A stretch of DNA of 64,000 bases from positions 57,681-121,680 of the forward strand of contig CAZFAO010000002.1 in the NCBI GenBank assembly GCA_964516875.1, in the 5' to 3' direction. Below, piece by piece: positions 29,350 to 38,637 of the stretch. The notes under the pieces are model-generated. The model did no database searches and was not told where the DNA came from. It was given only the letters and a program-made list of their open reading frames with translations. The stretch comes from an uncultured Burkholderiales bacterium (lineage in GTDB: Bacteria > Actinomycetota > Acidimicrobiia > IMCC26256 > JAGPDB01). A program made the translations under genes and the position numbers. The stretch's first letter is position 1, and each line of letters opens with the position of its first letter.

Positions 29350-31386
29350 ATGGTCCTACACAACAAAGCTAGCCAAATACGGAAATGGGTCGCTTTAACG
29401 GGAGCCGCCATATTAGTGGTGGCATTATTTTCTTCAGCGTATGCTGCTCCTGTCACAGCTAAGGATATCTTTGTGAACGTTGGTGGTCCTGGATTTAATA
29501 CAACACCAAAAATTTTGGCTTGTACATCAACATCAAATTGTTCTGGTTACCTAACAGGTTCAGTGACCGTAACAAATAAACCAACTCTGAAAATCGCAAA
29601 CTCGAGCATCTTCAACGTGATGTATCAAACTCAGATCCAAGGAGATATGCATTTCAGTATCCCTGTTACGGGTGGAAAGTACAGCGTCCATTTAGCTTTT
29701 GCTGAAACGGATGGATTGGCCGCAGGGAATCGAGTATTTAATGTCGGGATGGAAGGCAGTAATGTTCTGTCGAATTTCGATGTTGCAGCTGCAGCTGCAG
29801 GTCCTGCTCGTGCTGTCACTCGCGAACACACACTTTATATTTCTGATGGCAAACTCAATATCGACTTTCAAGGGACCAAAGGAAAAGCAATATTAAGTGC
29901 GATTCTCGTTCAACGCGTTGGAGATCTTCCTCCGGTAACAACAGCAACATCAACTTCTACCACGACTACAACAACGACGACAACAACGACAACGACAACA
30001 CCACCACCAACTTCGAGTTGTACAGGTGTTGCAGTAAATCCTGGAGATAATATTCAATCGAAAATTGATGCAAATCCAGTCAACACAACATTTTGTTTGG
30101 CTCCAGGAACATACCGTGGACAGAGTCTGTCTCCAAAAGCAGGGGATAAGTTCATTGGAAAAGGAACGTCAGCAAGTGCAGTAGTTCTCAACGGAGCAAA
30201 CCTCATCTCAAATCCTGTCGCATCAGGTGGTTTGTACTACGCAGCGAATCAAACACAAGAGGGACATCGCTCGGGTGAATGTGCTCCTGGATACCCAGTA
30301 TGTAACCGTCCAGAAGTTTTGTATTACGACTCACGACCACTTATTGGTGTCGATGCACTTTCGAAAGTTACAACAGGCAAGTTCTTCTTCGACTATGCCG
30401 CTGATCGTGTCTACTTTGCAGATAACCCAACAGGACACACTGTTGAAATCGGTGCAACATTGCGTGCCTTTAACCGAGGTGCAGCAAATGTCACAATCAA
30501 CAACTTGACTGTAGAAAAGTATGCAAATACTGGTCAACAAGGAACTATTGAAACCGATACCAATTGGGTTATCGATAATGTCACAATTCAGCTCAACGGT
30601 GGACAAGGAATCACGATGTTTGGTGCCGGTCCTACATTGAAAAATTCTCGTGTGCTTCGCAATGGACAAATTGGTGTCGGAGCAAACGGAAATGTTGATG
30701 GAAACAGTGACTATGGCCATGCTGTCAACGCTGTGTTTGTCGATCGAACCGAAATTGCTTACAACAACAGCAACAATTACGAAATGGGCTGGGAGGCAGG
30801 AGGCACCAAGTTCTGGAGCACAAAGAACAGTGTGCTTTCGAACAACTGGGTTCACCATAACAATGGGCCAGGGTTGTGGGCTGACGGCTTTAACGAAAAC
30901 ACAACATACTCTGGCAACTTGATAGAAGACAACGTTCAAAACGGAATCTTCCACGAAATTAGTGGTAGTGCAAAAATCCTTGACAATAAAATCTATCGAA
31001 ATGGATGGGTCAACGGAAAGCAACAAGATGGAAGCAACGCTATCCAAACATGTTGGACTGCTATCTGTATCTCGTCAGGTAAGAATGTTGAGATTGCACG
31101 CAATGATGTGAAAGATAACGGACGCGGCCTCGTCATCGTTGACGATCCACATTATCCAGATCCCACATACGGATTGAACGTGCACGACAACACATTCACA
31201 AACAATGGCGATCAAGCGGTTGCGATGTCGATTCCAGCGTATCAAGCTATCGGCGGAAAAGTGACCAACTTCACGTTTGATAAAAACCGCTATTCGACAG
31301 GATCATTGTTTGGATTTTTAGGTGCAGCACGGGACTGGTCAGAATGGCGCGGCTCCGGATTTGATCCGAACGGAACAATGGGCTGA
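29350..31386 (+). CDS. Secreted malectin-like domain + Thr-rich linker + right-handed parallel beta-helix protein
   Basis: Signal peptide ending AYA; YSVHLAFAE...RVFNV...FDV...KLNIDF (malectin); beta-helix repeats NVTIQLNGGQGI, NWVHHNNGPGLW, NLIEDNVQNGI. Confidence 0.85.
   Translation: MVLHNKASQIRKWVALTGAAILVVALFSSAYAAPVTAKDIFVNVGGPGFNTTPKILACTSTSNCSGYLTGSVTVTNKPTLKIANSSIFNVMYQTQIQGDMHFSIPVTGGKYSVHLAFAETDGLAAGNRVFNVGMEGSNVLSNFDVAAAAAGPARAVTREHTLYISDGKLNIDFQGTKGKAILSAILVQRVGDLPPVTTATSTSTTTTTTTTTTTTTTPPPTSSCTGVAVNPGDNIQSKIDANPVNTTFCLAPGTYRGQSLSPKAGDKFIGKGTSASAVVLNGANLISNPVASGGLYYAANQTQEGHRSGECAPGYPVCNRPEVLYYDSRPLIGVDALSKVTTGKFFFDYAADRVYFADNPTGHTVEIGATLRAFNRGAANVTINNLTVEKYANTGQQGTIETDTNWVIDNVTIQLNGGQGITMFGAGPTLKNSRVLRNGQIGVGANGNVDGNSDYGHAVNAVFVDRTEIAYNNSNNYEMGWEAGGTKFWSTKNSVLSNNWVHHNNGPGLWADGFNENTTYSGNLIEDNVQNGIFHEISGSAKILDNKIYRNGWVNGKQQDGSNAIQTCWTAICISSGKNVEIARNDVKDNGRGLVIVDDPHYPDPTYGLNVHDNTFTNNGDQAVAMSIPAYQAIGGKVTNFTFDKNRYSTGSLFGFLGAARDWSEWRGSGFDPNGTMG
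29938..30015 (+). repeat. ACN-rich low-complexity tract encoding a Thr/Pro linker
   Basis: TTATSTSTTTTTTTTTTTTTTPPPTS. Confidence 0.9.
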
Positions 31387-31597
31387 GAAACCTAAGTCTG
31401 CAGGGATGTGGATGTGTGCTCTGGGACTCCGCAGCTACATTCTTGCAAATTCTTTACGATTGATGAATCCTGTATCGTGCTGAGCTGAGCCTCGCATTCA
31501 TTCCTATATTTCCACTTTTCACAAGATTTGAACATTTCGCAGGTTCTGGGTAACCTCATGGGATAGCGCATAATAACGTCGATCTCAGGGGTGTGAT

Positions 31598-32398
31598 ATG
31601 GAAAATGCAAAAGTGGAATATGTGGCTTTGCAGAAGAAATTACAAGATCTTGATAAATCGATTGGAACGTTAAAAAAGGAACTCGATCAACAACACGCGG
31701 ATTTATCTAATCCGCTCGGCCATAAGCTATTGAGCAAAAACAACATTACGTTATATGAGTTGTATATAGAAACGCCTCATGGCAACAGCGATATCAGCGG
31801 TGTGACGGCATCTGTTGAAGATGCGACATCATCACAGTTAACAGAAGCACGAGTATTGGCAGCAGGAATATATGATCTGGCGGCAAAGAAGAATACTGGT
31901 GAGGTTTATCTCCTGATTGATTCCCCCGACTTTTCTTCCCTGACTGAATTTGGACCGAAAGATCGCAGTCAAGCAATGGACTTAGCGAATCAAATCAATA
32001 ATGCGGGGAAACAATCAGCGGCCATTCTTGCGCAACGCACATCTGAACTTGATGAAGTAAATGAAAAGTTGCAACAGTTTCAAAAAAACGAGCATCCTTT
32101 GCAAAAGGAGCGAATCGAACTTATTCCTCAGGTTGAGAAGGCAAAAATTGCGAATGATGAACAGATAGTAGAACAAGAAAAACAAAGACAAGCCGTTCTT
32201 GCGATTCGCGCGAAGGAAAAAGAAGACGCTCGGATAAACCGACAAAAGGATCTGGATGCACGAGTTTTGCGCGTCCTCGAACAAGCCTACAAAAAATCAT
32301 ACGACAAGCAAATGAAAAAGCAATCGAAAAAGCAAGTAGAGCAAGTAGAAACTACTGCTCCGTCTGAGGCTGAAGCTGAAGCCGAGAAAGTTCATTAG
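31598..32398 (+). CDS. Hypothetical coiled-coil protein with central PH-like domain
   Basis: SD AGGGG; N- and C-terminal heptad-rich helices around ITLYELYIETP...GEVYLLIDSPDF...AMDLANQINNA. Confidence 0.7.
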   Translation: MENAKVEYVALQKKLQDLDKSIGTLKKELDQQHADLSNPLGHKLLSKNNITLYELYIETPHGNSDISGVTASVEDATSSQLTEARVLAAGIYDLAAKKNTGEVYLLIDSPDFSSLTEFGPKDRSQAMDLANQINNAGKQSAAILAQRTSELDEVNEKLQQFQKNEHPLQKERIELIPQVEKAKIANDEQIVEQEKQRQAVLAIRAKEKEDARINRQKDLDARVLRVLEQAYKKSYDKQMKKQSKKQVEQVETTAPSEAEAEAEKVH

Positions 32399-32406
32399 GA
32401 GGAGCC

Positions 32407-33621
32407 ATGACTGAAGAGAACAATGAACCTCTTGTTCCAGAAGAAGTCCGAAACACTCTCGAGGCACAAGTGCAGTTAATGAGCACGAGAGAAAAATACT
32501 GGGTCCTGTATAAAAAAAATATTATGCGTGCTGTTGCTGCGGTCGTCGTGCTTCTTGTCGGAATGGGCGCTCTTGCTGCATTGTCAGCATATTCGGATAG
32601 CCAAGCACGGAAAGAAGCTGCGCGGAAAGAGGCTGCGCGACTTGCTCAAGATCGAGAAGAGCGACGAGTACAGAGAATCAAGGGCGATATTGAAGAGTAT
32701 GTAGAAGATACATGTTATGAACAATCAGGAATAGCGATACCTGTACCGACACAAAAAGAAATTCGAGCAAAAATTTCGCTTGAATCTGAATGGAAAAAAT
32801 TCACGTCTAAAGAAACTCTCTCAAAAGACCTTGTCACATGTATTCAAGAAGAAAATCGTAAGTTGGTAGAGGTTTATCCAGGAGAAATTGCAAATACTAT
32901 TCAGGAGTTCTGTGGCCTATATGGCGCGGCGGATGCTACTTTGACATCCCAGAATGTTCATATGAACTGGACAGTTCAATGGGAGAAGATCAAGCCAGAA
33001 GAAACTGCAATAGCAGAAGTTCTCGCTTGCGTGGTTCCTGTTCAGACAGACCGTTTCCAGAATGTATATTTACCAGAAGCTAACGCTGAGGTCGCGCGCG
33101 CGTGCGAAGAGAATGCAACAAGTGAATTAACCGCTGTTACTGCGGCGAGTGAAATCAGTTACTCTTCTAAATGGGATAAAGTCACAACAAAAGATCAGTT
33201 GGTGCAACAACTTGTTGATTGTGTAGCGGGGAAGAAGGCCGCTGCGCGTGCTGCGAGGCTCTCTTCATGTACGGAAAACTTTACTGTTGATCAAATTGTA
33301 AAAGACCCCGATGGAGTGACAGGACAGTGTTTTGTACTCCATGTCAATATCTCGCAGTTTGATTCGGCAACAGGAACCTGTGCTTTTCGAGGTGATTTCG
33401 ATAGAGTACCCCACACGTACAGCTATCAATATTCCGAAAACAGTATGTATGAAGCTGAAAATTCATATGATTGTCCGGAGCTCGCTGGGGTCGATAATGC
33501 TGATTTTGTAAAAATCTGGGCTGAATCGCTTGGCTCGTATTCCTATAGTACGACCATTGGTGGAACGGCCACTGTCCCGAAATTCGAAATACTTCAGATT
33601 GAGGTCGAGAGAAAAGGATGA
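32407..33621 (+). CDS. Membrane-anchored protein with three ~64-aa Cys/Trp repeats and a C-terminal OB-fold-like domain
   Basis: SD GGAGG; TM at aa ~41-61; C..W-x15-C repeats; C-terminus DQIVKDPD...VKIWAESLGSYSYSTTIGGTATVPKF. Confidence 0.75.
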   Translation: MTEENNEPLVPEEVRNTLEAQVQLMSTREKYWVLYKKNIMRAVAAVVVLLVGMGALAALSAYSDSQARKEAARKEAARLAQDREERRVQRIKGDIEEYVEDTCYEQSGIAIPVPTQKEIRAKISLESEWKKFTSKETLSKDLVTCIQEENRKLVEVYPGEIANTIQEFCGLYGAADATLTSQNVHMNWTVQWEKIKPEETAIAEVLACVVPVQTDRFQNVYLPEANAEVARACEENATSELTAVTAASEISYSSKWDKVTTKDQLVQQLVDCVAGKKAAARAARLSSCTENFTVDQIVKDPDGVTGQCFVLHVNISQFDSATGTCAFRGDFDRVPHTYSYQYSENSMYEAENSYDCPELAGVDNADFVKIWAESLGSYSYSTTIGGTATVPKFEILQIEVERKG

Positions 33622-33675
33622 TTGGGTTAGTGCAGGCTCTGCACTCGCACTACATGAGCGTTTAGTGCTGGTGAG

Positions 33676-34317
33676 TTAGCAACCGCTCGGAACGACGCCC
33701 GAGTTCACAGCAGCGGATGAAAACACAAAGCTGGCATGGGGAGACGAGGCATTTCCACCATTCCATGAGACTTCAAGTGCTATCCATCCCGTGAAATCTG
33801 GTGTCATATTCACTGTGAACGTATAGGGTGACACAACATCCGTTGTGGAACCATCACTGGCAAAAGTTGCAGTGCCACTCTGGTTGGTGGGAGTTCCGTC
33901 CCAGCGCACCCACGTCCATGTTGCTGTTCCAGACTTGTTTGCAGTGACTGCTCCTGAAAATGTATAGGTATCGCTCACGCATTGAACGATCTGTTCATTC
34001 GTTTTGCTTGCCGTTGCTGATGCGATAAATGCAACAGACGCAGTCGTTGAATCGCTTGTAGTTGCTTTCGGTGTTGTTTTTAATGTTGCAGGGATTGATG
34101 TCGTTGTTGATGACGATTCAGTTGAAGGAACCGCATCTGCTGCTGCAACTTTTCCGATTTCAGGTTTGGTTGTTGTGGGAGAAACGCTATGGGATTTTTT
34201 TGCTACGGGATCACTCGATGGCCACAACAATGCAACAAGCAAAAGGAGCGGCACAATAAGAATTACAGCAAGTATTGCAACAAGTGTTTTCGTGTCTTTT
34301 TTCACAGCGATAGCCAT
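33676..34317 (-). CDS. Membrane-anchored protein with Ser/Thr/Pro linker and beta-rich (Ig-like) C-terminal domain
   Basis: TM LVAILAVILIVPLLLLVALLW, S/T-rich stalk, YTFSGAVTANKSGTATWTWVR...GWIALEV. Confidence 0.7.
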   Translation of the reverse strand: MAIAVKKDTKTLVAILAVILIVPLLLLVALLWPSSDPVAKKSHSVSPTTTKPEIGKVAAADAVPSTESSSTTTSIPATLKTTPKATTSDSTTASVAFIASATASKTNEQIVQCVSDTYTFSGAVTANKSGTATWTWVRWDGTPTNQSGTATFASDGSTTDVVSPYTFTVNMTPDFTGWIALEVSWNGGNASSPHASFVFSSAAVNSGVVPSGC

Positions 34318-34474
34318 GACTGTATTTCGACCGTTCAGATCATCTCTTGAGGCCAAGTTGACCCCTTCAGAGTCGCAAATGTCCTGGATTTCATGCCTGC
34401 GAGCCCAGAAAGTAAGCAAACAGAACAATTCATCATTAACTAGTGTGTGGTGAGCAATTGTCTATGCTGTTGAG

Positions 34475-35167
34475 ATGACGCTCAAAAATAAACGCACAGC
34501 TCTTCGTGAAAAACTCTCCAGAATTTACCAGAAGCCTTATGTTTTCATTACGGCCAAAGTGGCTGGGATCCTCATTGCCGTTGTAGGAATTGTCATCTGC
34601 CTGGGGATGATTATTGGTACCTATGCACTTCATTCAACAACAAAAAAGCACACCAAAACAATCGAAACAACAATCTATAAATACCTCGACAAAGGTGATG
34701 ATGGTTTAGACACGATTCAAGAAAAAGTCGATAGCCTCACGCCCGCCACAGATATTGTGCAAGAAGTCTCTGATATTACGGGTGAAAATATCGATCGTTT
34801 GGAAACATTGAAGCTTTCACTTATTGCATTTAATTTTGGTAATAAATTCGATACACCAATTGAGCGAATAGAGGACACGATCGAGGCGCTCAAAAAATTT
34901 AAAGAATTGCCTGAATTAATTCTAGAGTCAAAAGAAAAAGTTCACGACAAGATTGAAGAGCTAAAAGACAAAATCGATGAGACTCGAACGCAAGTGAGCG
35001 ATGGTGGCAAGCAAGTTCGACGCATTACTTTTTACACCTTCCTCGTGTCTTTTCTTCTTGCGACAATTTTCTTTGTCGGCGAATACTCCCTTCTGACGCG
35101 TTGTATTCCTGCTCTTCGCAATTATCGTCGAAAACGTAAAGACAATTACCGATCGGTAAGTAAATAG
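34475..35167 (+). CDS. Two-TM protein with extracytoplasmic coiled coil
   Basis: TM near each terminus, heptad-rich middle; TATGCT hexamer 6 nt before the ATG. Confidence 0.7.
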   Translation: MTLKNKRTALREKLSRIYQKPYVFITAKVAGILIAVVGIVICLGMIIGTYALHSTTKKHTKTIETTIYKYLDKGDDGLDTIQEKVDSLTPATDIVQEVSDITGENIDRLETLKLSLIAFNFGNKFDTPIERIEDTIEALKKFKELPELILESKEKVHDKIEELKDKIDETRTQVSDGGKQVRRITFYTFLVSFLLATIFFVGEYSLLTRCIPALRNYRRKRKDNYRSVSK

Positions 35168-35262
35168 CGGCATTCGTGCTTACTTTTGTGTCTCTCACCT
35201 GGTGCGTAGCTGGGAGATTCGGTTGCTAACATGACGGATATATTAAATTAGAAGGGGTTGTC

Positions 35263-35925
35263 ATGTATGAAATAGTTGTCGCATTCTTTGCGATGTGTAT
35301 CGGGGCAGTTTTCTGCTTTTGGGGATTTAAAGCAATGCGCATTTTATTTCCATTGTGGGGTTTAATTGCAGGGTACTGGCTCGGTGCTGAGCTTATCCAC
35401 GCAATCACCGGCGATGGATTCTTTGGCACGACCCTCGCTGTTGTCGTTGGTATTTGTACTGCAATATTGGGTGCAATCCTTGCGTACTTCTATTACGCCG
35501 CATCAATTATCTTGTTTATGGGTATGGTCGGATACTGGCTCGGAGCAGGTTTTATTACCTTGTTCGGATTCCACGTTGGTGTCATCTCAACTTTGGTAGG
35601 GCTCGCAATTGGTGCGCTCTTCATCATTGTTGCATTTATTGGTAACGCACCGAAAGTATTTTTGCTCTTTATTACTGCATTCGGTGGAGCAGCACTTATG
35701 GTTGCTGGCGCCCTTGTCCTTATTAACCGTGCATCGTTGGAAGACCTCGAGCAAGGTTCATTCGCTGTTGCATTCGATCATGGATGGTTCTGGCAACTTG
35801 CTGTTCTTGGATTGGGTTTCATTGGATACGCTGCTCAACTTGCAGCATCACACGATGAAGAAGTGAAGTGGTCACAAGAGTGGGCCCAAATGACAGGTGC
35901 CAATGCACAGACGAAAGGCGCATAA
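35263..35925 (+). CDS. DUF4203/TMEM198-like multi-pass membrane protein
   Basis: IGAVFCFWGFKAMRILFPLWGLIAG; Gly-rich TM helices; TAFGGA. Confidence 0.8.
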   Translation: MYEIVVAFFAMCIGAVFCFWGFKAMRILFPLWGLIAGYWLGAELIHAITGDGFFGTTLAVVVGICTAILGAILAYFYYAASIILFMGMVGYWLGAGFITLFGFHVGVISTLVGLAIGALFIIVAFIGNAPKVFLLFITAFGGAALMVAGALVLINRASLEDLEQGSFAVAFDHGWFWQLAVLGLGFIGYAAQLAASHDEEVKWSQEWAQMTGANAQTKGA

Positions 35926-35927
35926 TC

Positions 35928-36518
35928 ATGAAACTGAACGATACAGTTAACCTCAAGTCTATCGATAGCCTTGAGCTCGATAAAGATTCACAACGTGACT
36001 ACTGGGTCCTTCTTCTCTTGAAGGGTATTTCCATGGTCGTCTTTGGTTTCCTTGCGGTCATTTGGCCAGGGGTGACCATTGTCACACTTGCATTTATGTT
36101 CGCGGTTTACCTGTTGGCAGTCGGCGCCGTCGACATCATTAACGGATTCCGTTCGGTCAGTTCAAAGAATCTCTGGTTCTTGAAGATTGTATTAGGAGTT
36201 GTTGAAGTTGGGCTTGGTCTTTGGTTGTTAAACGAAGGACTTGCCGTGACAACAATTGTGTTCTTGCAAGCCATTGGCCTGTTGCTGATCTTTCAATCAA
36301 TTATTGAAATTATTAGTGCTTTTAAAAGTGATACATCGGGTGGAATTAAAACACTGATGGTGATTTCAGGAATTCTTTGGTACATCATCGGAATTTGGCT
36401 CATTCGCTACCCAGTTCGTGGCGGACTTGGGTTCGTATGGTTACTTGGATTTTATGGAATCGTTGGAGGGGCAATTTTAATTGCAGGGTCCTTTAGCGTC
36501 CGTCCATCTAAAGCTTAA
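35928..36518 (+). CDS. HdeD/DUF308 family membrane protein
   Basis: LLLKGISMVVFGFLAVIWPG...FAVYLLAVG, twice-repeated TM pattern. Confidence 0.85.
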   Translation: MKLNDTVNLKSIDSLELDKDSQRDYWVLLLLKGISMVVFGFLAVIWPGVTIVTLAFMFAVYLLAVGAVDIINGFRSVSSKNLWFLKIVLGVVEVGLGLWLLNEGLAVTTIVFLQAIGLLLIFQSIIEIISAFKSDTSGGIKTLMVISGILWYIIGIWLIRYPVRGGLGFVWLLGFYGIVGGAILIAGSFSVRPSKA

Positions 36519-36520
36519 TT

Positions 36521-37129
36521 TTGGCCGATAGCTTGATTGGCAAAGTTAAGGAATTCATAATATTTGCACCGCGGGGGGCGCTGAGTCTTGTACGAGACAC
36601 AGCGCCCGCTGTGATTGCGCTCCTCGTGTCGCGTGGCAAACTCGACGAGGCTCAAAGTTCTCACCATGCACCCGGTAGCCCTGTAAATCCTGATGAGGAC
36701 AAGTCGCTTGTCAAAAAACGTATGGATGCGTATACGAGTGATATTCAAAAAAGCAAAAATATGTTATTTAATGCTTTGGGTTCTGTCCAAATAGTGAAAA
36801 ATAATCTTCCCATGGTTCAGTCTTTGACAAATGCAAAAGGCAAGCAAGTAGCGCAAGAAAATATTGCTACCGTTAAGAAAAATTTCTTCCAAAAAGTTGG
36901 AGACAAAATTAAAAATCCCGTTATTGAAGAACCACCACCACCCGTTGAGATCGTTCCTCCGGAAGACAATCTTGTGCGCAGTGTCGTGAAGACCGGTGTA
37001 CAAACAGCACAGACAGCAAGCAGTGTCACACTGGGCGTTGCACGTTCTGGCGTATCAGCACTGAAGAGCATTGTGAGTACTTCATCTGAAGCAAGTCCTT
37101 GTGGTGACGACGAAATATCTGGCGTCTAG
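36521..37129 (+). CDS. Hypothetical protein (start uncertain)
   Basis: 202-codon ORF filling the gap between two genes; TTG start without clear SD; no recognised motif. Confidence 0.45.
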   Translation: MADSLIGKVKEFIIFAPRGALSLVRDTAPAVIALLVSRGKLDEAQSSHHAPGSPVNPDEDKSLVKKRMDAYTSDIQKSKNMLFNALGSVQIVKNNLPMVQSLTNAKGKQVAQENIATVKKNFFQKVGDKIKNPVIEEPPPPVEIVPPEDNLVRSVVKTGVQTAQTASSVTLGVARSGVSALKSIVSTSSEASPCGDDEISGV

Positions 37130-37173
37130 ATCCATTCTTTCCGCAACCGCTTGTGGCACTGTAAGCTACATTC

Positions 37174-37530
37174 ATGCCACTGATTCGTATTGATTACAAT
37201 GACAACCTTTTTACCGAGAAGTCCTATGAAGACTTCACGAAATACCTCTTAGAAGAATCCATGCGGATCTTTAATACTGATGCCGATCATATTTCTGTAT
37301 TTTCAACACCTTATGGTCCGTATGATTTATCTACATCGATTGCCGAAATTGAGTATCGTGCGGGCAAGGGCGAATTCGAAGACGACAAATTATCGCCAGA
37401 AGAAAAACAAGCCGATTTTCTTGCACAATTAAGTGCTGCGGTGCGGGCGTATAAAAGTGAAAACGAAATCAACTATCCAATCATTCTTACGCTGACGATT
37501 GAAAACTGGAAATTTGATTGGATTGCGTAG
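37174..37530 (+). CDS. Tautomerase/MIF-fold-like small protein
   Basis: N-terminal Met-Pro (MPLIRIDY), 118 aa beta-alpha-beta pattern; TAAGCT hexamer 6 nt before the ATG. Confidence 0.55.
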   Translation: MPLIRIDYNDNLFTEKSYEDFTKYLLEESMRIFNTDADHISVFSTPYGPYDLSTSIAEIEYRAGKGEFEDDKLSPEEKQADFLAQLSAAVRAYKSENEINYPIILTLTIENWKFDWIA

Positions 37531-37548
37531 GCCTCATAGTCTTGTGAT

Positions 37549-38628
37549 GTGCTCGGCGAAACAAGAAATATAGATCTGAGCTGTTCACCTGCTTTTTCTG
37601 AAAAAATACGCGCGCATTCTTTGAATGCAGGCGCTGATCTGGTAAGCATCACAACAGCTGAGCCTTTTGCTGACATTGCACAAATCCTGCTTGAACGCAA
37701 AGCTCTAGGTTATGCCGGTTCAATGCAATTTACGTATCGCAATCCTGAGCGCTCGACGGATGTTTCGCAATCGCTCGAGGGTGCACAATCACTTGTTGTA
37801 TGTGCAGTGTCGTATGCTCATGAAAAAAGTGAAGTCCCTGATAATCCCTACGCCCGAGTTGCGAGTTATACAACATCGCAAGCACGAGATCGATTAGACA
37901 ATGCACTAAAAAGCATTTCGCTCTTTCTGCGTAATGCTGGTTGGAAAACAAAAATTTTGGTGGATGATAACGGTCTTGTCGATCGTGCAGCGGCTATGCG
38001 CGCCGGAATTGGATTCTACGGAAAAAATGCACTCATCATCACACAAGAATATGGCAGCACTGTTTTGCTGGGATCCGTTGCGACAACAGCGCCTCTTCAT
38101 TGTGATGCGCATCATCAATTAGAAGATTCAACCAGTGGATGCGGAACGTGCACTCAGTGCATACCTGCGTGTCCAACAGGGGCCATTGAGAGACCGGGAA
38201 TTATTAATGCGTCGAAATGTCTCAGTTGGATTGCACAATCACCCGATGACATTTCGCACGAACATCGCATTGCCATGGGAAACAGGATTTACGGATGTGA
38301 TGAGTGCCAAGATGCGTGTCCATATAATAAAATTCAGCAACGTCGTACATCAACAGATGCGCTGTTTCCACAAACACTCGATCTTGATTTTCTCTTGTCG
38401 TGCACCGACGCTGAGCTCTTGCAAACGGCTGGAGAGTGGTATGTCTATGACCGTGATCCTCGGTATCTCCGACGTAATGTGTTGATCATCGCGGGAAACA
38501 TACTTCCCGATGCAAGCCCTTCGTGGGAAGATGTTCGTGCGTTTTCTGTCAGCGACGATGAATTTATTGCGCAATATGCTCTGTGGGCGTTGGATCAACG
38601 TGCCACACGCAAACGCTCTGCGAATTAG
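37549..38628 (+). CDS. queG: Epoxyqueuosine reductase QueG
   Basis: RVASY, VDRAAAMRAGIGFYGKN, CGTCTQCIPACPTGA, CLSW, GCDECQDACP. Confidence 0.92.
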   Translation: MLGETRNIDLSCSPAFSEKIRAHSLNAGADLVSITTAEPFADIAQILLERKALGYAGSMQFTYRNPERSTDVSQSLEGAQSLVVCAVSYAHEKSEVPDNPYARVASYTTSQARDRLDNALKSISLFLRNAGWKTKILVDDNGLVDRAAAMRAGIGFYGKNALIITQEYGSTVLLGSVATTAPLHCDAHHQLEDSTSGCGTCTQCIPACPTGAIERPGIINASKCLSWIAQSPDDISHEHRIAMGNRIYGCDECQDACPYNKIQQRRTSTDALFPQTLDLDFLLSCTDAELLQTAGEWYVYDRDPRYLRRNVLIIAGNILPDASPSWEDVRAFSVSDDEFIAQYALWALDQRATRKRSAN

Positions 38629-38637
38629 AATCTTTGC

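Noticed and set aside
29151-37549. Intact prophage or integrative element at tRNA-Leu
   Set aside because: No integrase, phage structural gene or distal attR copy of the tRNA 3' end was seen.
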